A DNA stretch of 64,000 nt. Origin: Octopus sinensis (taxonomy: Eukaryota). The translations under genes and the position numbers were made by a program. The stretch is from contig NC_043001.1 of the NCBI RefSeq assembly GCF_006345805.1, positions 24,924,001 through 24,988,000 on the forward strand, written 5' to 3'. Shown here in pieces: positions 24,365-38,186 of this stretch; within the stretch, counting starts at the first letter, position 1; the number at the start of each line of letters is the position of its first letter. The notes under the pieces are model-generated. The model was not told the DNA's origin, did not search any database, and was given only the letters and a program-made list of their open reading frames with translations.

Positions 24365-26375
24365 ATCAGTATTTTCTAACCATTGGGCTTACGGCATCAC
24401 AAGTTTAACCAGGTTATGTCACTAAGCCATGATAGGGTTGAAAAAAGGAGGAAATGAAAATGAATTTCTGAGTAAGTGCCAAAGATTAAGATATATAGAT
24501 TATGGAAAGGGGACTATAAGTCAGAAAATATTGGAAAACACTATATTAAACTCACCATATGAAGAACAATAAAGAAAACTGTCTTATAACAAATACACTA
24601 TAAGAAAAAATATTAGAAAACTATAGCAATTAAATTATTATCAATGTATATGTAAGTTTTATAGGTGAACAAAAGCATATAACATAAGTTTTATTTACTA
24701 ACAGCATCAAATATCAGTTGATGTTATATTAAGCCGACAAGTTATATTTGCTCAGAATCTAACCAATTTATCAATTATAAAAGGAATTCTAAAAAGAGTT
24801 ATAGATTGATTACTAGTGTTCACTCTGCCTCTAAATTTAACTCTTTCCAGATTTCATTATTTTCATTTCTTTTGGCATCTTGTTATATTGATTCTAAATG
24901 AGGGGAACTTTATAAGTTGAAACTAAAAATATCAGTGATCCTAGAATTCTAGACAAGCTATTTATTTATCAAGAAGCCATAAATAACCAGCACTATTCGC
25001 ATAACCTACTGACACAAACTCGCCAGACACACTTTGAAGAAAATAATATTCATTGATTTTATACACATAAAGTGAATGGTGAAAGAAAATCCAAATAATT
25101 AATAGAAACAATTCATTACATATATGTAATTACTATAATTGTTATAGTAATCATATTTGTATCCAATACTTCTCATTAAAAAGCATATTAATATTTATTC
25201 TGTTCTGCCACAAGAAATATACTTTTTATTTGATACATTCATTCTAATGCATCCACTTTACATATACATGTTTATGTGAATATAAATATGTAATAATTTA
25301 TGTATTCATGCGTATATATGTAAATATATACTGTGAATCTGTTTCCCATTAACTTAAAGAGGACCCTTACGTCACATCATATCACAAAGGCTACACCATT
25401 GCAATCTTAGAGCAAGAGATAGCTATGAAATAAGTATTGAACAAACAGAACAGCAAAGCTCTTAAAATACCAAATTACTAGCATAAACGTTGATTATGTC
25501 ATTCCTTTATGGAAGGCATAACACATGTGAGCAGGAGCTGGCCAAGATTGTCATCAAGATGCTACCTTCCACTCTGACATAATGTTGCTTCTAAAACAAT
25601 ATATAATGCCATCTGCACATAAGACTGCCCTGGAATAAATATAAATAAAACCTTTGCTATAGAATACATACATATCAGTATAAGAAAAACTCAAGGAATA
25701 TTCTCATTAAAACTCCTACGAAGTACAAGCATAGCAGGCCTGGTGGAGCTATTAGGGAGGGAAAACTCATGTATAGTCATGAAGGTTAATTTCCCTTCAG
25801 ATGTGAACATATCTTCCAAAATTAATGAGGGGAATATTTACAGTCAACTTTTTCTCCGCCCTAATTATAGATTCCCACTTACACTAATAAGCACTGATGC
25901 TCTTGGTTATGTTATCAAATATCTAAGCAACAACCTGGAAATGCTAGAATATACAAGCAAAAAGGCTAGCTAATACACATTTTACAGATACAATCTATTA
26001 GTAGAACAGTACACAAGACTTTCTTCAAATTCAATATGCAACAATAATTTATGTTGTTAGCTAAATTCCAGTGATAGAGTTTCTGATTCTCTGTTAGAAA
26101 CTAGCTTTGTCCTAGGAAGAATACTAATAAATGAAATATATAAATGTATGTATTTGTTTATATACATGTTATATATTTGTGTGTATGTATACGCACGTTC
26201 TCCTTGACTTACAACTGAGTTCCATTCTGAATAACAGGTCGTAAGTCGGATTTTTATATATATATATATATATATATAGGGAGAATTCACAAAATAAGAA
26301 GAAAAATAAAAGACGAAGACAGGTGGTGTAGACAACAAACAGATGTATTAGTTTAACGCTCAGGAAGTGAAAAGT

Positions 26376-26411
26376 CTTTAACGTTTTGAGCCTGTGCTCT
26401 TTCACAGAAAG
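26376..26411 (-). ncRNA. Degenerate hammerhead-like motif (duplicated at 27751-27786)
   Basis: cttt CTGTGAAA gag cacagg ctc AAAA CG TT aaag; stems I and II and palindromic ACGT retained, core damaged; same family as 5399-5433. Confidence 0.4.
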
Positions 26412-26609
26412 GAACTCAGAAAGAAACAAGGAGAGAAAATAAAGAATGTGTAGTGGCTAGTGATCTATCATGGCAAATGCCAGACAGAGGGATCGCACAG
26501 GAGAGCTAGGAAGAAGGGGAGATAAGATGGCTTCGTTCAAAAGTTAAAACAATGCGAAGCATATTGTGTCCAACAATGAATAACATCTGATAGTCTGGTT
26601 GGTTATGTG

Positions 26610-26687
<78 letters not shown>

Positions 26688-27434
26688 GTATGTATGTGTG
26701 TATGCATACATACATAGCATATCATAATTATTTAATGTCCCTTTTTCCATATTAACATGCGTTGGCTAGTTTAACAGGAACTGACAAACAAGGGAGCTGC
26801 ACTGGCTCCTATATCTTCTTTGGTAAGGTTTCTGTAGCTGGATTCTCTTTATAACTTTATATAATTCCAACAGCTTTACAGAATGTACTGGGTATGTTTT
26901 AACAAGGTACCAACAGTAATGAGGTCACCTAGTACTTTCGAGAAAGAACCCCTAAACTGAGTAGGGTGTAGTATTAAATGATGTGAAAGTGTAATAGAGG
27001 GACAGGAATCAGTTCCTTGTTGGACAGGTGAATACCTTGCTTTTTCAGCTTGAAAGAGAGAGAGGGGGGTGGTCAGAAGATACCTTCAAGGTGCAAAGTG
27101 AATATGACGAAAACAATAGAGGGAGAGAAACAGAAAGGGTAGGAAAGTGGGCTGGAGTGTGGCAGATGATTACAAAGGGAGATATATATATGTAAATTGA
27201 GGATATACACACGTGTGTGTGTATATATAATCATTAACATGATTCTACCAGTGGCTACCATATAAAAAATGACCATATCAGTAAAATTAATTTTTAAGTA
27301 TATAATTATAATTAAGGGCACTGGAATGTCAGCACCTATACGCTAGAAGTAGATGTCAAATACCTACAATCCACTCTAAATTTGTTCTGTATTTATAACC
27401 TAAGGCTGTGTGTACACACGTGTGTGTATATATA

Positions 27435-27476
<42 letters not shown>

Positions 27477-27561
27477 TTAGAGACAAAACCACTATTTTGT
27501 AAATCAAACAAGGAAAGACTTAATCAATACATAAAAAATTTTTAATTGAATGGAAGATATG

Positions 27562-27615
27562 AAATCCACCTGATGAATGTCATTTGAAGACAGGAAACAA
27601 TTGTAGTGGCGATTT
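27562..27615 (+). ncRNA. Type I hammerhead ribozyme motif (Penelope-type)
   Basis: aaat-ccac CTGATGA a-tgtc atttgaa gaca-g GAAA CAATTG T A gtgg(cg)attt; palindromic stem III ACAATTGT; GUA site ends at 27605; first pair of stem II is mismatched (A/G). Confidence 0.75.
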
Positions 27616-27619
27616 ATTT

Positions 27620-27656
<37 letters not shown>

Positions 27657-27984
27657 AGAATTCACAAAATAAGAAGAAAAATAAAAGACGAAGACAGGTG
27701 GTGTAGACAACAAACAGATGTATTAGTTTAACGCTCAGGAAGTGAAAAGTCTTTAACGTTTTGAGCCTGTGCTCTTTCACAGAAAGGAACTCAGAAAGAA
27801 ACAAGGAGAGAAAATAAAGAATGTGTAGTGGCTAGTGATCTATCATGGCAAATGCCAGACAGAGGGATCGCACAGGAGAGCTAGGAAGAAGGGGAGATAA
27901 GATGGCTTCGTTCAAAAGTTAAAACAATGCGAAGCATATTGTGTCCAACAATGAATAACATCTGATAGTCTGGTTGGTTATGTG

Positions 27985-28064
<80 letters not shown>

Positions 28065-28795
28065 GTATGTATGTGTGTATGCATACATACATAGCATATC
28101 ATAATTATTTAATGTCCCTTTTTCCATATTAACATGCGTTGGCTAGTTTAACAGGAACTGACAAACAAGGGAGCTGCACTGGCTCCTATATCTTCTTTGG
28201 TAAGGTTTCTGTAGCTGGATTCTCTTTATAACTTTATATAATTCCAACAGCTTTACAGAATGTACTGGGTATGTTTTAACAAGGTACCAACAGTAATGAG
28301 GTCACCTAGTACTTTCGAGAAAGAACCCCTAAACTGAGTAGGGTGTAGTATTAAATGATGTGAAAGTGTAATAGAGGGACAGGAATCAGTTCCTTGTTGG
28401 ACAGGTGAATACCTTGCTTTTTCAGCTTGAAAGAGAGAGAGGGGGGTGGTCAGAAGATACCTTCAAGGTGCAAAGTGAATATGACGAAAACAATAGAGGG
28501 AGAGAAACAGAAAGGGTAGGAAAGTGGGCTGGAGTGTGGCAGATGATTACAAAGGGAGATATATATATGTAAATTGAGGATATACACACGTGTGTGTGTA
28601 TATATAATCATTAACATGATTCTACCAGTGGCTACCATATAAAAAATGACCATATCAGTAAAATTAATTTTTAAGTATATAATTATAATTAAGGGCACTG
28701 GAATGTCAGCACCTATACGCTAGAAGTAGATGTCAAATACCTACAATCCACTCTAAATTTGTTCTGTATTTATAACCTAAGGCTGTGTGTACACA

Positions 28796-28850
<55 letters not shown>

Positions 28851-28935
28851 TTAGAGACAAAACCACTATTTTGTAAATCAAACAAGGAAAGACTTAATCA
28901 ATACATAAAAAATTTTTAATTGAATGGAAGATATG

Positions 28936-28989
28936 AAATCCACCTGATGAATGTCATTTGAAGACAGGAAACAATTGTAGTGGCGATTT
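28936..28989 (+). ncRNA. Type I hammerhead ribozyme motif (second copy)
   Basis: Identical to 27562-27615; GUA site ends at 28979. Confidence 0.75.
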
Positions 28990-29004
28990 ATTTACTTATA
29001 TATA

Positions 29005-29043
<39 letters not shown>

Positions 29044-29775
29044 TATTTCGGAATGGTCATTTTGCCAGTTTAGCCAATAAACGTATATATATATATATAT
29101 ATATACACACAAACACATGCATACATGCACACACACACACATATATATTGTGATTTCACTTAAGAATAGTGACACTACTAAACTGTTTTAGAACTCTATA
29201 CACATATGCCTCAGAATAAAATAATAAGCAAGTATAGAGTGTAATATGAATTACTGGAATGACAAGGGAACAGGAATTATGTAATCAGCTTCACTAGCTT
29301 ACTCTGTTTCTGCTATAAGAAGCAGTACACTCGAAGATGATTGCCTCAGCATCACCTTATAGCTTCCTTGGAGCCTTGAAAACAAAGTGCATGTTTATTT
29401 GAGAAGCTATTTAAACATATGGCAAACCATCGAAACACTAAAAATACAAAACCATTGGTGTATGCAGTTTGAGGGAGAGAAGCTACTCTCAGAAATATGT
29501 AAATTTAGATAATCATATGCATATATACTGGTGCATAATGAACATATAAATATAATTATACATGCACGTAAAAAAATATACAGAGAATGTATCTGAGGAA
29601 ATTATAAGGTGATGCACAAGTACTCACCTCTGAGTGCACTGCTTATTATAGCAGAAACAGCTGTATGCTAATGAAGAGGATTATGTATGTATGCATACAT
29701 GTATGTACACATATGTGTGTGTATATATATACATACATACATATATATACACATTATATATATATATATATATAT

Positions 29776-30080
29776 ATCACCGTGACCGACCAGGCTATCA
29801 GATGTTGCTACACATCGCTGGTCACAATGCACTTTGCATTGTTTTAGCCTTCAAATGGCGCCACCCCGCTGGCTAAGCGAGCAGGTCAAGAGAAGAAAGA
29901 GTGAGAGAAAGTTGTGGCGAAAGAGTACAGCAGGGATCACCACCACCCCCTGTCGGAGCTTCGTGGAGCTTTTAGGTGTTTTTGCTCAATAAACACTCAC
30001 AACGCCCGGTCTGGGAATCGAAACCACAATCATACGACTGCGAGTCCGCTGCCCTAACCACTGGGCCATTGCACCTCCAC
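29776..30080 (-). mobile_element. tRNA-derived SINE, family C
   Basis: Minus strand: gtggaggtgcaatggcccagtggttagggcagcggactcgcagtcg...ggtttcgattcccagaccggg (A and B boxes). Confidence 0.9.
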
Positions 30081-30842
30081 ACACACACACACACAAATAG
30101 ACACAGGAAGTTTATAAGATGTTATATATTATATATGTGCATGCATGAACTCAATATTAAATCGAATATTGAACAAAAAATAGTGTTTGAAAGAATAGCA
30201 CAAATTAGACATATTTTGATGCACATGCATACCTCAGATTGCCATTATGGAATTATGTCACTGAAATTCTTCCATGCAAAGAAATTTGCATGCTGTGACA
30301 TTAAATAATTTACTATCTGATCTATTTATACATTTGCTTAAGTATGCATGTTTATAATAATATGATTATAGTCGTTTTTATTTTTTAGCGTGTTTATTGA
30401 TATGTTTTTTCATCAATGCTATTCATAAGACACACAACAGTAGAATTTCAAAATTTGTTAAAGTTCATAATGTTATTTCAAAACGTTCAGTGTGAGTTGC
30501 TGTTCAAGTGTTGATTTCTGAAAAATTTAATCTTTTTTTCTTTGGTAATATTTATAGAACCTGTCACAGTTTATTGAAGGCTGTGAGAAAATAGTATTGA
30601 TGAAGTACTTAGTCCAATATTTAACAATATTCAATAACATGTTGCCATCTGCTTTTAGTACAAGGTTCAAGTATTCAAATATAAACCCAAAAGCATAAAA
30701 CTTGGTTGTCTTATGAGCATCAGCTGCTCTCTATGGTGTTATTCCTGGGCTTTTTCATAGACCACCATTTTCAGTTTTGATTCAGTACTGCACACTCTAT
30801 AACTTTGTGATGTTATGCCTTAGTATAAGTACCCTTTTCTAT

Positions 30843-31137
30843 GTGGAGGCACATGGCCTAGTGGTTAGAGCAGTGGACTCACGGTCGAGGGATCACAGGT
30901 TCGTATCTCAGACCGGGCGATGTGTGTTTATGAGCAAAATACCTAAGCTCCACACGGCTCCAGCAGAAGGTAATGGCAACCTTCTGCTGACTCTTTCGCC
31001 ACAACTTTCTCTCACTCTTTCCTCCTGCATCTTGCAGCTCACCTGTGACAGACCAGCGTCCCATCCAGGTGGGGAACCTATATGCCAAGGAAACTGGGAA
31101 ACCAGCCCTTATGAGCATGGCTCGAGAAGGAACAAAC
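30843..31137 (+). mobile_element. tRNA-derived SINE with the family C head and a different 3' tail
   Basis: gtggaggcacatggcctagtggttagagcagtggactc...ggttcgtatctcagaccggg; shares actctttcgccacaactttctctcactcttt with 29776-30080. Confidence 0.9.
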
Positions 31138-31599
31138 ATAACCCTTTTCTATGTTACGAACTATGTTAGCCTAATACACTATCTAGAGTTCATTACATAT
31201 GATGATATAGCTGTCAGTAAACTAGTCCTTGAGTTTCACTTGGATGAAACTCTGTAACAAAGCTTACGCAATAACAAATTCAACATAGCTTCTTATGCAT
31301 ATATCAAATGATATCAAATTGAACACATGCTTCCATTGGCATGGTTGTGATATGTAATTGATATCAATGTAGGTAATGTCTTTTGGAAGCTATGATGTCA
31401 ATTTATGTGCCACTTTATAGTATAGTATCTCCGATGTTTGGTATTTCTCACTAGACTGAATATCATGAAATTTTAAACTCATGCAGAAAAACAATTTGAA
31501 GAGACCAGAGTTAAACCCCTTTCCGACTGACCAGCTTAGCTGAGCCCTAATTTGTATAACCTGTAAATAGGTGATAAGCAACAAATGGGTATTCTTTGT

Positions 31600-31632
31600 C
31601 TGATGAATCTCTAAGCAGAGTAGAAACTAGTC
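31600..31632 (+). ncRNA. Hammerhead core with eroded stems
   Basis: CTGATGA at-ctc taagca gag-ta GAAA CTAG T C; palindromic ACTAGT and a GUC site; stem I barely pairs. Confidence 0.45.
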
Positions 31633-31764
31633 AAGTCAGTTCGACTTTTTTACTGTCCATAAGGAGATAAAAATTAATGTAGCTACACAATTTACTTTTC
31701 ACAATGAGGTAGAAGCTGTTTGTTTACATAACATTCCAAATTATCCAAAAGCACCATATATACA

Positions 31765-31812
<48 letters not shown>

Positions 31813-32565
31813 ATATATAATAACAAGCATGCCCCCATATTTTAAAAAATGTTACTAGTTAATGTAACATGGTACATTAAACCTTAATACCTTAATGTTA
31901 CATCTTTGTTTATTTGATTTCTGTTATTGAACATTGATCTGTTTTCAGTGATAAAGCATGAGTTTTTAGCTAACCTTTAGATGTGTGAATAAGAAAATGA
32001 GATAAAAATTTTAAAATGCTTGTTTGTAATTACTTAAAACTGGTGGCATGTTTATTGTTCAATAAGCCTTACTGTGTGTGTGTGTGTGTGCACGCGTGCG
32101 CAAATGAGGGAGAGGGTTTCATGGACAATTTTTCAAAACAGCCAGAGTAGTAAACCTATTAATATTCAGTTTATAGTTTTGAGAGGATTTGGCCTCACTA
32201 CTTCAAGCTAATAAAAACATTTCCGTAATCTACTGATGCTGCTGATAAAGATAATGGACTATATGGACTAATAGGGCAGTTCAGCAAATGTTCTGTATCT
32301 GGACTATTAACTCACCACAATATTAATGACAAAATACGAGGTGTCTGATAGGAAGCCTAGACCTTTTTCACTTAGCCAGCTTTAACTTTTTCCAAAGTAT
32401 GACAACAGAAATGAATGCTTAATCAACAGTGTATTAATTGCTAAAATGATAACTTTATTTATATGACTATTAAAATAAGACTAATGGAAATTCTGCAATA
32501 TTAGATAAAATCTCTTGCCTATATATATGGATGACATTCTATAGCAGGATTTTCAATGGATTTAA

Positions 32566-32609
<44 letters not shown>

Positions 32610-32789
32610 ATATATTGTAATTTCATCTACATATGCCACTGTCTTTAGGGTTTTTCCTATTTATATAACTAATACATGAAATTTACTAATAATTGTTAAT
32701 GGTTGTTCTGTATTGATTTGTTATGTTTATTCTCCTTGTTTTGGAGGTTTTTTGGGGGGTTTTTTTTGTAATAATTATAGTTTGCTTGA

Positions 32790-33575
32790 TTTTCGGGGTT
32801 GCATCTAAGGCAAAAACCATTCTGTTCTTCAGCAAGCTTGGGATCAACAATTTCCCACATCTCTTTTCCAGACACCTTGTGTGGACTTTATCCAGGAAAT
32901 TCAACAATTCATCTATAATTAGAGCACTCTCTCTTGTCTCTCTTTTCAAAAATTGGGAATATCGTCCTGGATTGCCATAGCTTCAGGGTCTCTAAGCAAC
33001 CTAGCATATGGGAGTCAGTCAGAGCATACCTTCTCTATTTAAGGTTTTTAACATCTCAAGCTGAATTTCATCTTTTCCAGCATCCTTGCAACATTTGAGT
33101 GCTTTAATTGCTTCCATAATTTCGGCCTCTGTGAGATAGTACTCATTCCAAAATGCACCTCGTGTCCACCAGATGATTTTATTGTGACCAGATTTAGAAG
33201 AGCAGCAAGGTATTCTCTCCACTTCCCAAGGATATTATTCTTTACAGAGAGAAGAACCTCAGATGAGTTCTTAATTGCAGGTGTGGAAGAGAGCTTCTTT
33301 TTATGCAGTCAGTGGATGGTCTTCTAGAATATTTTATTGGCCAATCTAAAGCCAGATTCCATCTTAACCTCAAAGTTCTCCTATGACTTAATTACAGACT
33401 TTTTTACTGCCTCTGCTGCAACTTTTTGCACCTCAATGTACCATGTGTACAAAAGTGCAGATTTGTATGCAGATATATGATGGTACTTGGCTCATCAGTA
33501 GGTTATCTCCAGTATACACTGAATGGGTCCACTGTTGAGCGCTGCGAGGCAGGAATAAGAATTAGTGTTACAAAG
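32790..33575 (-). mobile_element. RTE-clade LINE fragment (linker and start of reverse transcriptase), pseudogenised
   Basis: Minus frames give ...NILGKWREY...LTEAEIMEAIKALKCCKDAGKDEIQLEMLKTLNREG...DKRECSNYR...KVHTRCLEKRC...EEQNGF, with stops and frameshifts. Confidence 0.9.
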
Positions 33576-33577
33576 AC

Positions 33578-34130
33578 TGAGAAGTTTAAACATCTTTCAT
33601 CTTGAGGCCATATTCACAAATAATGGAAGGCAGGATGCTGATGTAGAAGCTAGAATTGCAGATGTTGGCACAGATATGCACCAGCTTCAGTATTTGATCC
33701 TCGGAAGAAGAGAGTTTGATAAAAAAAGCTAAATTCACTATCTTCAATTCAGTTTTAATGCCCAGCATCACCTTTCTTCATGAATGCTGAATAATGACCA
33801 AAAGAGTATGATTGCAAGCTGATCAGGCTCTTTTCCAAAGGGTCTCAGGAGTAACATTACTCAACATGGTGCATAGCCCAGAGATCAGGGAGTCTTTCCA
33901 AATTTATCACAGGAAAAAAATGCAAGATGGATTCTTCAAGCAAATTGACAGGAGACCTAGTGGTAGACCAAGAAATGGTTGGATAATATCCAGTCTCAGT
34001 TGATCACACTTGTGAATCCAGCTAGAAAATGTAATGACCGTAGCTTCTGGTAGGACCCTATGGAGGAGGTACCCTAGGACTCTACCCCCATTAACCCTCC
34101 AAGGAATAGTGGGCTATGATGGATGGATGA
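33578..34130 (+). mobile_element. RTE-clade LINE 3' part (RT C-terminus and tail)
   Basis: EKFKHL...IFTNNGRQDADVEARI...KAKFTIFNSVLMP...RVSGVTLLNMVHSPEIRES...RPSGRPR, then a gatggatggatg tail. Confidence 0.9.
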
Positions 34131-34721
34131 TTTGGGGAGTATTTTTTTCTATTAATAACATAAATTTAATTTATTCAATATCTAGGAACTTTTAATTTTC
34201 ATATCAAATATTTATATGCAATATTAGATGTGTGTTCAGTTTAAGAGTCAGAGGAAGAAATAAGGAAGAGATGGAGAGAGAGAGAGAGATAACAAATGAA
34301 TAAAATATAAAGAAAGAAAGAGTGAGGATCTGTGAAATAGCTAACTTCACTGTTCCATAAAAATATAATTTGAAATTAATTTTCTATCTCTGTTTTACTT
34401 TGTACTCTTTAATTAATACATGCTAACTAACTTACTTTTTGCTATTTCCACACAGTAAATTAATACAAATTTGACTATAATAGTCAGATTTGTTACTTTG
34501 GCTTTGGTAAGTGAATGGCAAATATTCAGCAGAAATATTAGTACAAGAAACCACAGTAAAAGGGTCTGATTTACTTTACATATATCGGTTGAAGTACTTA
34601 GAAGGATAGCAAATTTCACTGTATAGGAGTTCAGCTTTATATCCACTTTACATGGCACATACATTATAAACAACATATATGCATGTCTTTAAATTTATGT
34701 GTGTATGTGTTTGTGGATTTT

Positions 34722-34764
<43 letters not shown>

Positions 34765-35124
34765 CATACACAGCCATAATAAACATCATACATGTGTGTA
34801 TGTGTGTGTATACTTCACTGGAAATTTCAATAGCATCATTGTTGTAAAGGAAGAAATTAATTATATACTAACAGCACATAATGAAGTAATCAAACAAATG
34901 AGATGATAATGTACCTCTTCTTCAAGTTCCCCTTACATCAGACAATGATGCACACAGGACTAGGGTACATTTCTAAGTCCCATTATACACACATGCACAC
35001 ATTTATATATAAATATACATATATTGTATTAATGTTTGTTTTTATTTTCAGTCATAATAAAAACAATTTTACATTAATCTAAGGGGTTACTCTATATTTT
35101 TATAGAGAGGAAATTTATTATTCA

Positions 35125-36400
35125 TGAACAAGAATGATATTGATAGTAACTTTGAAGTTTCAACCAGTTAAGCAATTGTCAGACTCCAATACATTGAAGT
35201 TAATGTTGGCTTTATATAGTCTCTGTTGAGTGAAACTCTTCCTTTGGTGCATGAGTTTGAGTGGAGTGGTAATTAGGTTTTAGTGAGGAGGGTTGTTATG
35301 GAGAGGTATTTAGGAGAAATTTTTATTGATTAAATTTGTGGTTATGTTATTGTATAGAATTTATTCATGTATATAGAACTTTGTAAGCAATGTAGATATT
35401 TAGGATATGCCAGTAGTTTATGGTTTTATTGGATTTTCTTTGCTTTGACATTGTAAAGATCAAAGCTGCAAATTTTAGTCTCGCATTTAAAAACTTAGTC
35501 TTTGGGTGTGTCAACATTTTGTAATGGATTTTTTTTTTAATTAAATTTTGTTTCCATTTTTATACATGAACATATACACACCTTTTATAATGCCCCACTT
35601 TCACATATAGAGGCCTAAAATGATATATTATAAAATAAACACATTTGAAAAAGAATTGAAAAAATATTTATAAACTCATAGCTACAAACTCTACCTCCAT
35701 AAAACACAAAGATTCAAATTTCTACATACTAACCAAACTGCTTATAAAACAGTGAACACCTAGGGAGAAACACACAAACATCCTTTTGTGAAAATCAAGG
35801 CATAACATAAACAAACTTCTACACTAATAACACCGGGACATGCCTGACTAATAACCCCCACCTTCCAAATAAAAACAGGAAATACCTTAAATAATAACAA
35901 CAATAGGTAAAGAAACTGACCAGCTAAAACATACCAACTATTTACATTCTTTTGTGAACCCCTGAAAGAAAATTCTGTTACAAAATAATTGACATACCCA
36001 ATTACTAAGTTTTTTTACACTAGACTAAACTTTGTAGCTCTGATCATTGCAATGTCAAAGCAAGGGATCAAATCTAATAAAATCAAAAACTAGTGACACA
36101 AGGATACATCTTATATTTATCTAACAAAAGAGACACACCTAAATATTCACACCTGCTTACAAAGTTCTTCGTGCATGAATAAATTCTAAACAATGATATA
36201 ACCCCCAAATTTAATCAATAAAAATTTCTCCAAAATACTTCTCCATAACCTAATTACCACTCCACTCAAACCCATGTACCCAAGGAAGATTTTTACTCAA
36301 CAGAGGCTACATAAAGCCGAGATTAACTTCAATGTATTGCAGTCCAATGACGGTTTAACTGGTCAAGACTCCAGAATCACTGTCAATAATATTCTTGTTT
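35125..36400. mobile_element. Probable decayed Penelope-like element with approximately 400-bp inverted arms
   Basis: 35125-35530 is an inverted, roughly 80% identical copy of 35965-36400. Decayed hammerheads sit at the outer ends (35142-35185 minus; 36341-36384 plus). No clear protein motif recovered. Confidence 0.55.
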
Positions 36401-37739
36401 AAGTATAATAAAAATATATACATATGTATATCTATATGCACACATACATAAATGTTTATGTACATGCACACATACATAAATGTGTATACACACACACATA
36501 TGCACATGCATGCATGTGTGTGTGTGTATCTTTGCTCTTCATTTTTTGTAGATGTAATTTACTTTTTTTGCAGTTTTGCTATGTTGTTCTTTAGTTTGTT
36601 GTAGACATCACAGCCAAGGCTATACTAGAGCACTCTTACAGTAATAATCATCATAGTCATTGTAGAACTGCATAGGCAAGTTATATCATATCAAACTTTG
36701 ACGCATGACTTTTCGTGCTCAAGTTTAAAAGAAAAACTATGTAATGATCAAACAGCAAAGTTTCTTCACTGTCACTTAACTCCATAAATCTGTTATGGCT
36801 TTAACTAATTGTGAGTTTTCATTATATATTTTGAAACTGAACTAGTTTTGTAAAAATGAATGCTAATTTATAGTTTGTAATACCTAAGTTTGAACATCTC
36901 ATTCCTGGAAACTTTGCTGTTTGTATAAAAATTTGCAGTTGTAAGGTATAACTTATTGAATTTTTCTACTATATGAAACCATTATTCACAACTAATAAGT
37001 CTTCACGACTAAAATGCATTCCTGTTTTCCTTTCTTCTTTCTTTGATAACTTATTATGTGTGTGTGTGTATGTGTGTGTGTAAAAATTTGTAGTGGATTC
37101 ATAGAATCATGTAGCTATCTTTATCTGCATTGATTTGTGAATATACAACTGTATTATATAATGCATAGCACGCATATTACTGCAGCCAGTTGAACATAAT
37201 TTATTATACACTGAAATTATTATTACATGAAGAAGGCTGCAAAAGGGCTGTAATCCTAAGAATGACAAGTAGTTAAATGTATTCACCTCTTATACCTCCT
37301 AACTTCTTATGGTTTACAATGAATGATAAAAATGATAACAAGGAATCAAGTTGTTTTTATTTAATAATTGTTATAACTATTTCAGAAATTACATTCCAAA
37401 TTAACTTAATTTGGGAGAAACTCTATTATTTAAGATCACTGAGATAGTAATGATCATTTTAAGAATATTTCCTATTTCTCTAATCCAACTGAATTTAAAA
37501 TTTAGCCTTAACATTACTCAACATTGTAGTCAGTGCTATTGATATTCTTAAGCATATGTAACTGAAATAGCATATTAACCACTCAAGCACAATCCATAGA
37601 TTTTGTGTCTTATATACGTTAACCTAAGATTTGCCTGCGTCAGTTTGGCTCAAATCTCATCATGTGATTGATATTTTCTACCATTTTCCCTCTCACTTGC
37701 ATTGAGGTGATTACATTATGATTTAGGACTTACAGCATG

Positions 37740-37786
37740 CATCTCTCTCTCTCTTTCTCTCTCTCTACACACACATATATATGAAG

Positions 37787-37818
<32 letters not shown>

Positions 37819-37866
37819 TATATATGAAATCTCTCTCTCTCTCTACACACACACACATATATGAAA
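37740..37866. repeat. Higher-order repeat, three units of (CT)n(AC)n(AT)nGAA
   Basis: Direct read; units of about 40 bp. Confidence 0.9.
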
Positions 37867-38186
37867 ATCATTTTATTTTTTCCTCAGAACCTTTAAGCCT
37901 CAATTCACCACCCGTCCTTCTCTAACAGCTTCTTTGATGCATACACTGCATTCACACACATACACAAACCTTAACCCTTTCTTCTACACTCTCCTGTTCA
38001 CATACACATGAACTTTCACATGAGTGCATATACACACACACATACACACATTGACTACACTCAGGAAAGCAACATCCTCATGTACTTGAACACACACACA
38101 CACACTCTCACATTACAATATAACAGCCACATTTGTGTGTTCATAAAACAGATATACACATGCAAAACACATTACTCAAACCAAAA

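Larger units (their letters stand above)
26256..28997. repeat. Tandem duplication with two units of about 1,375 bp, bounded by (TA)n
   Basis: gggagaattc starts at 26279 and 27654; units appear identical apart from microsatellite tracts; duplicated ORFs appear in the track. Confidence 0.95.

Noticed and set aside
30843-30920. tRNA-like heads of SINEs as tRNA genes
   Set aside because: No complete cloverleaf; the heads continue into multicopy SINE bodies.
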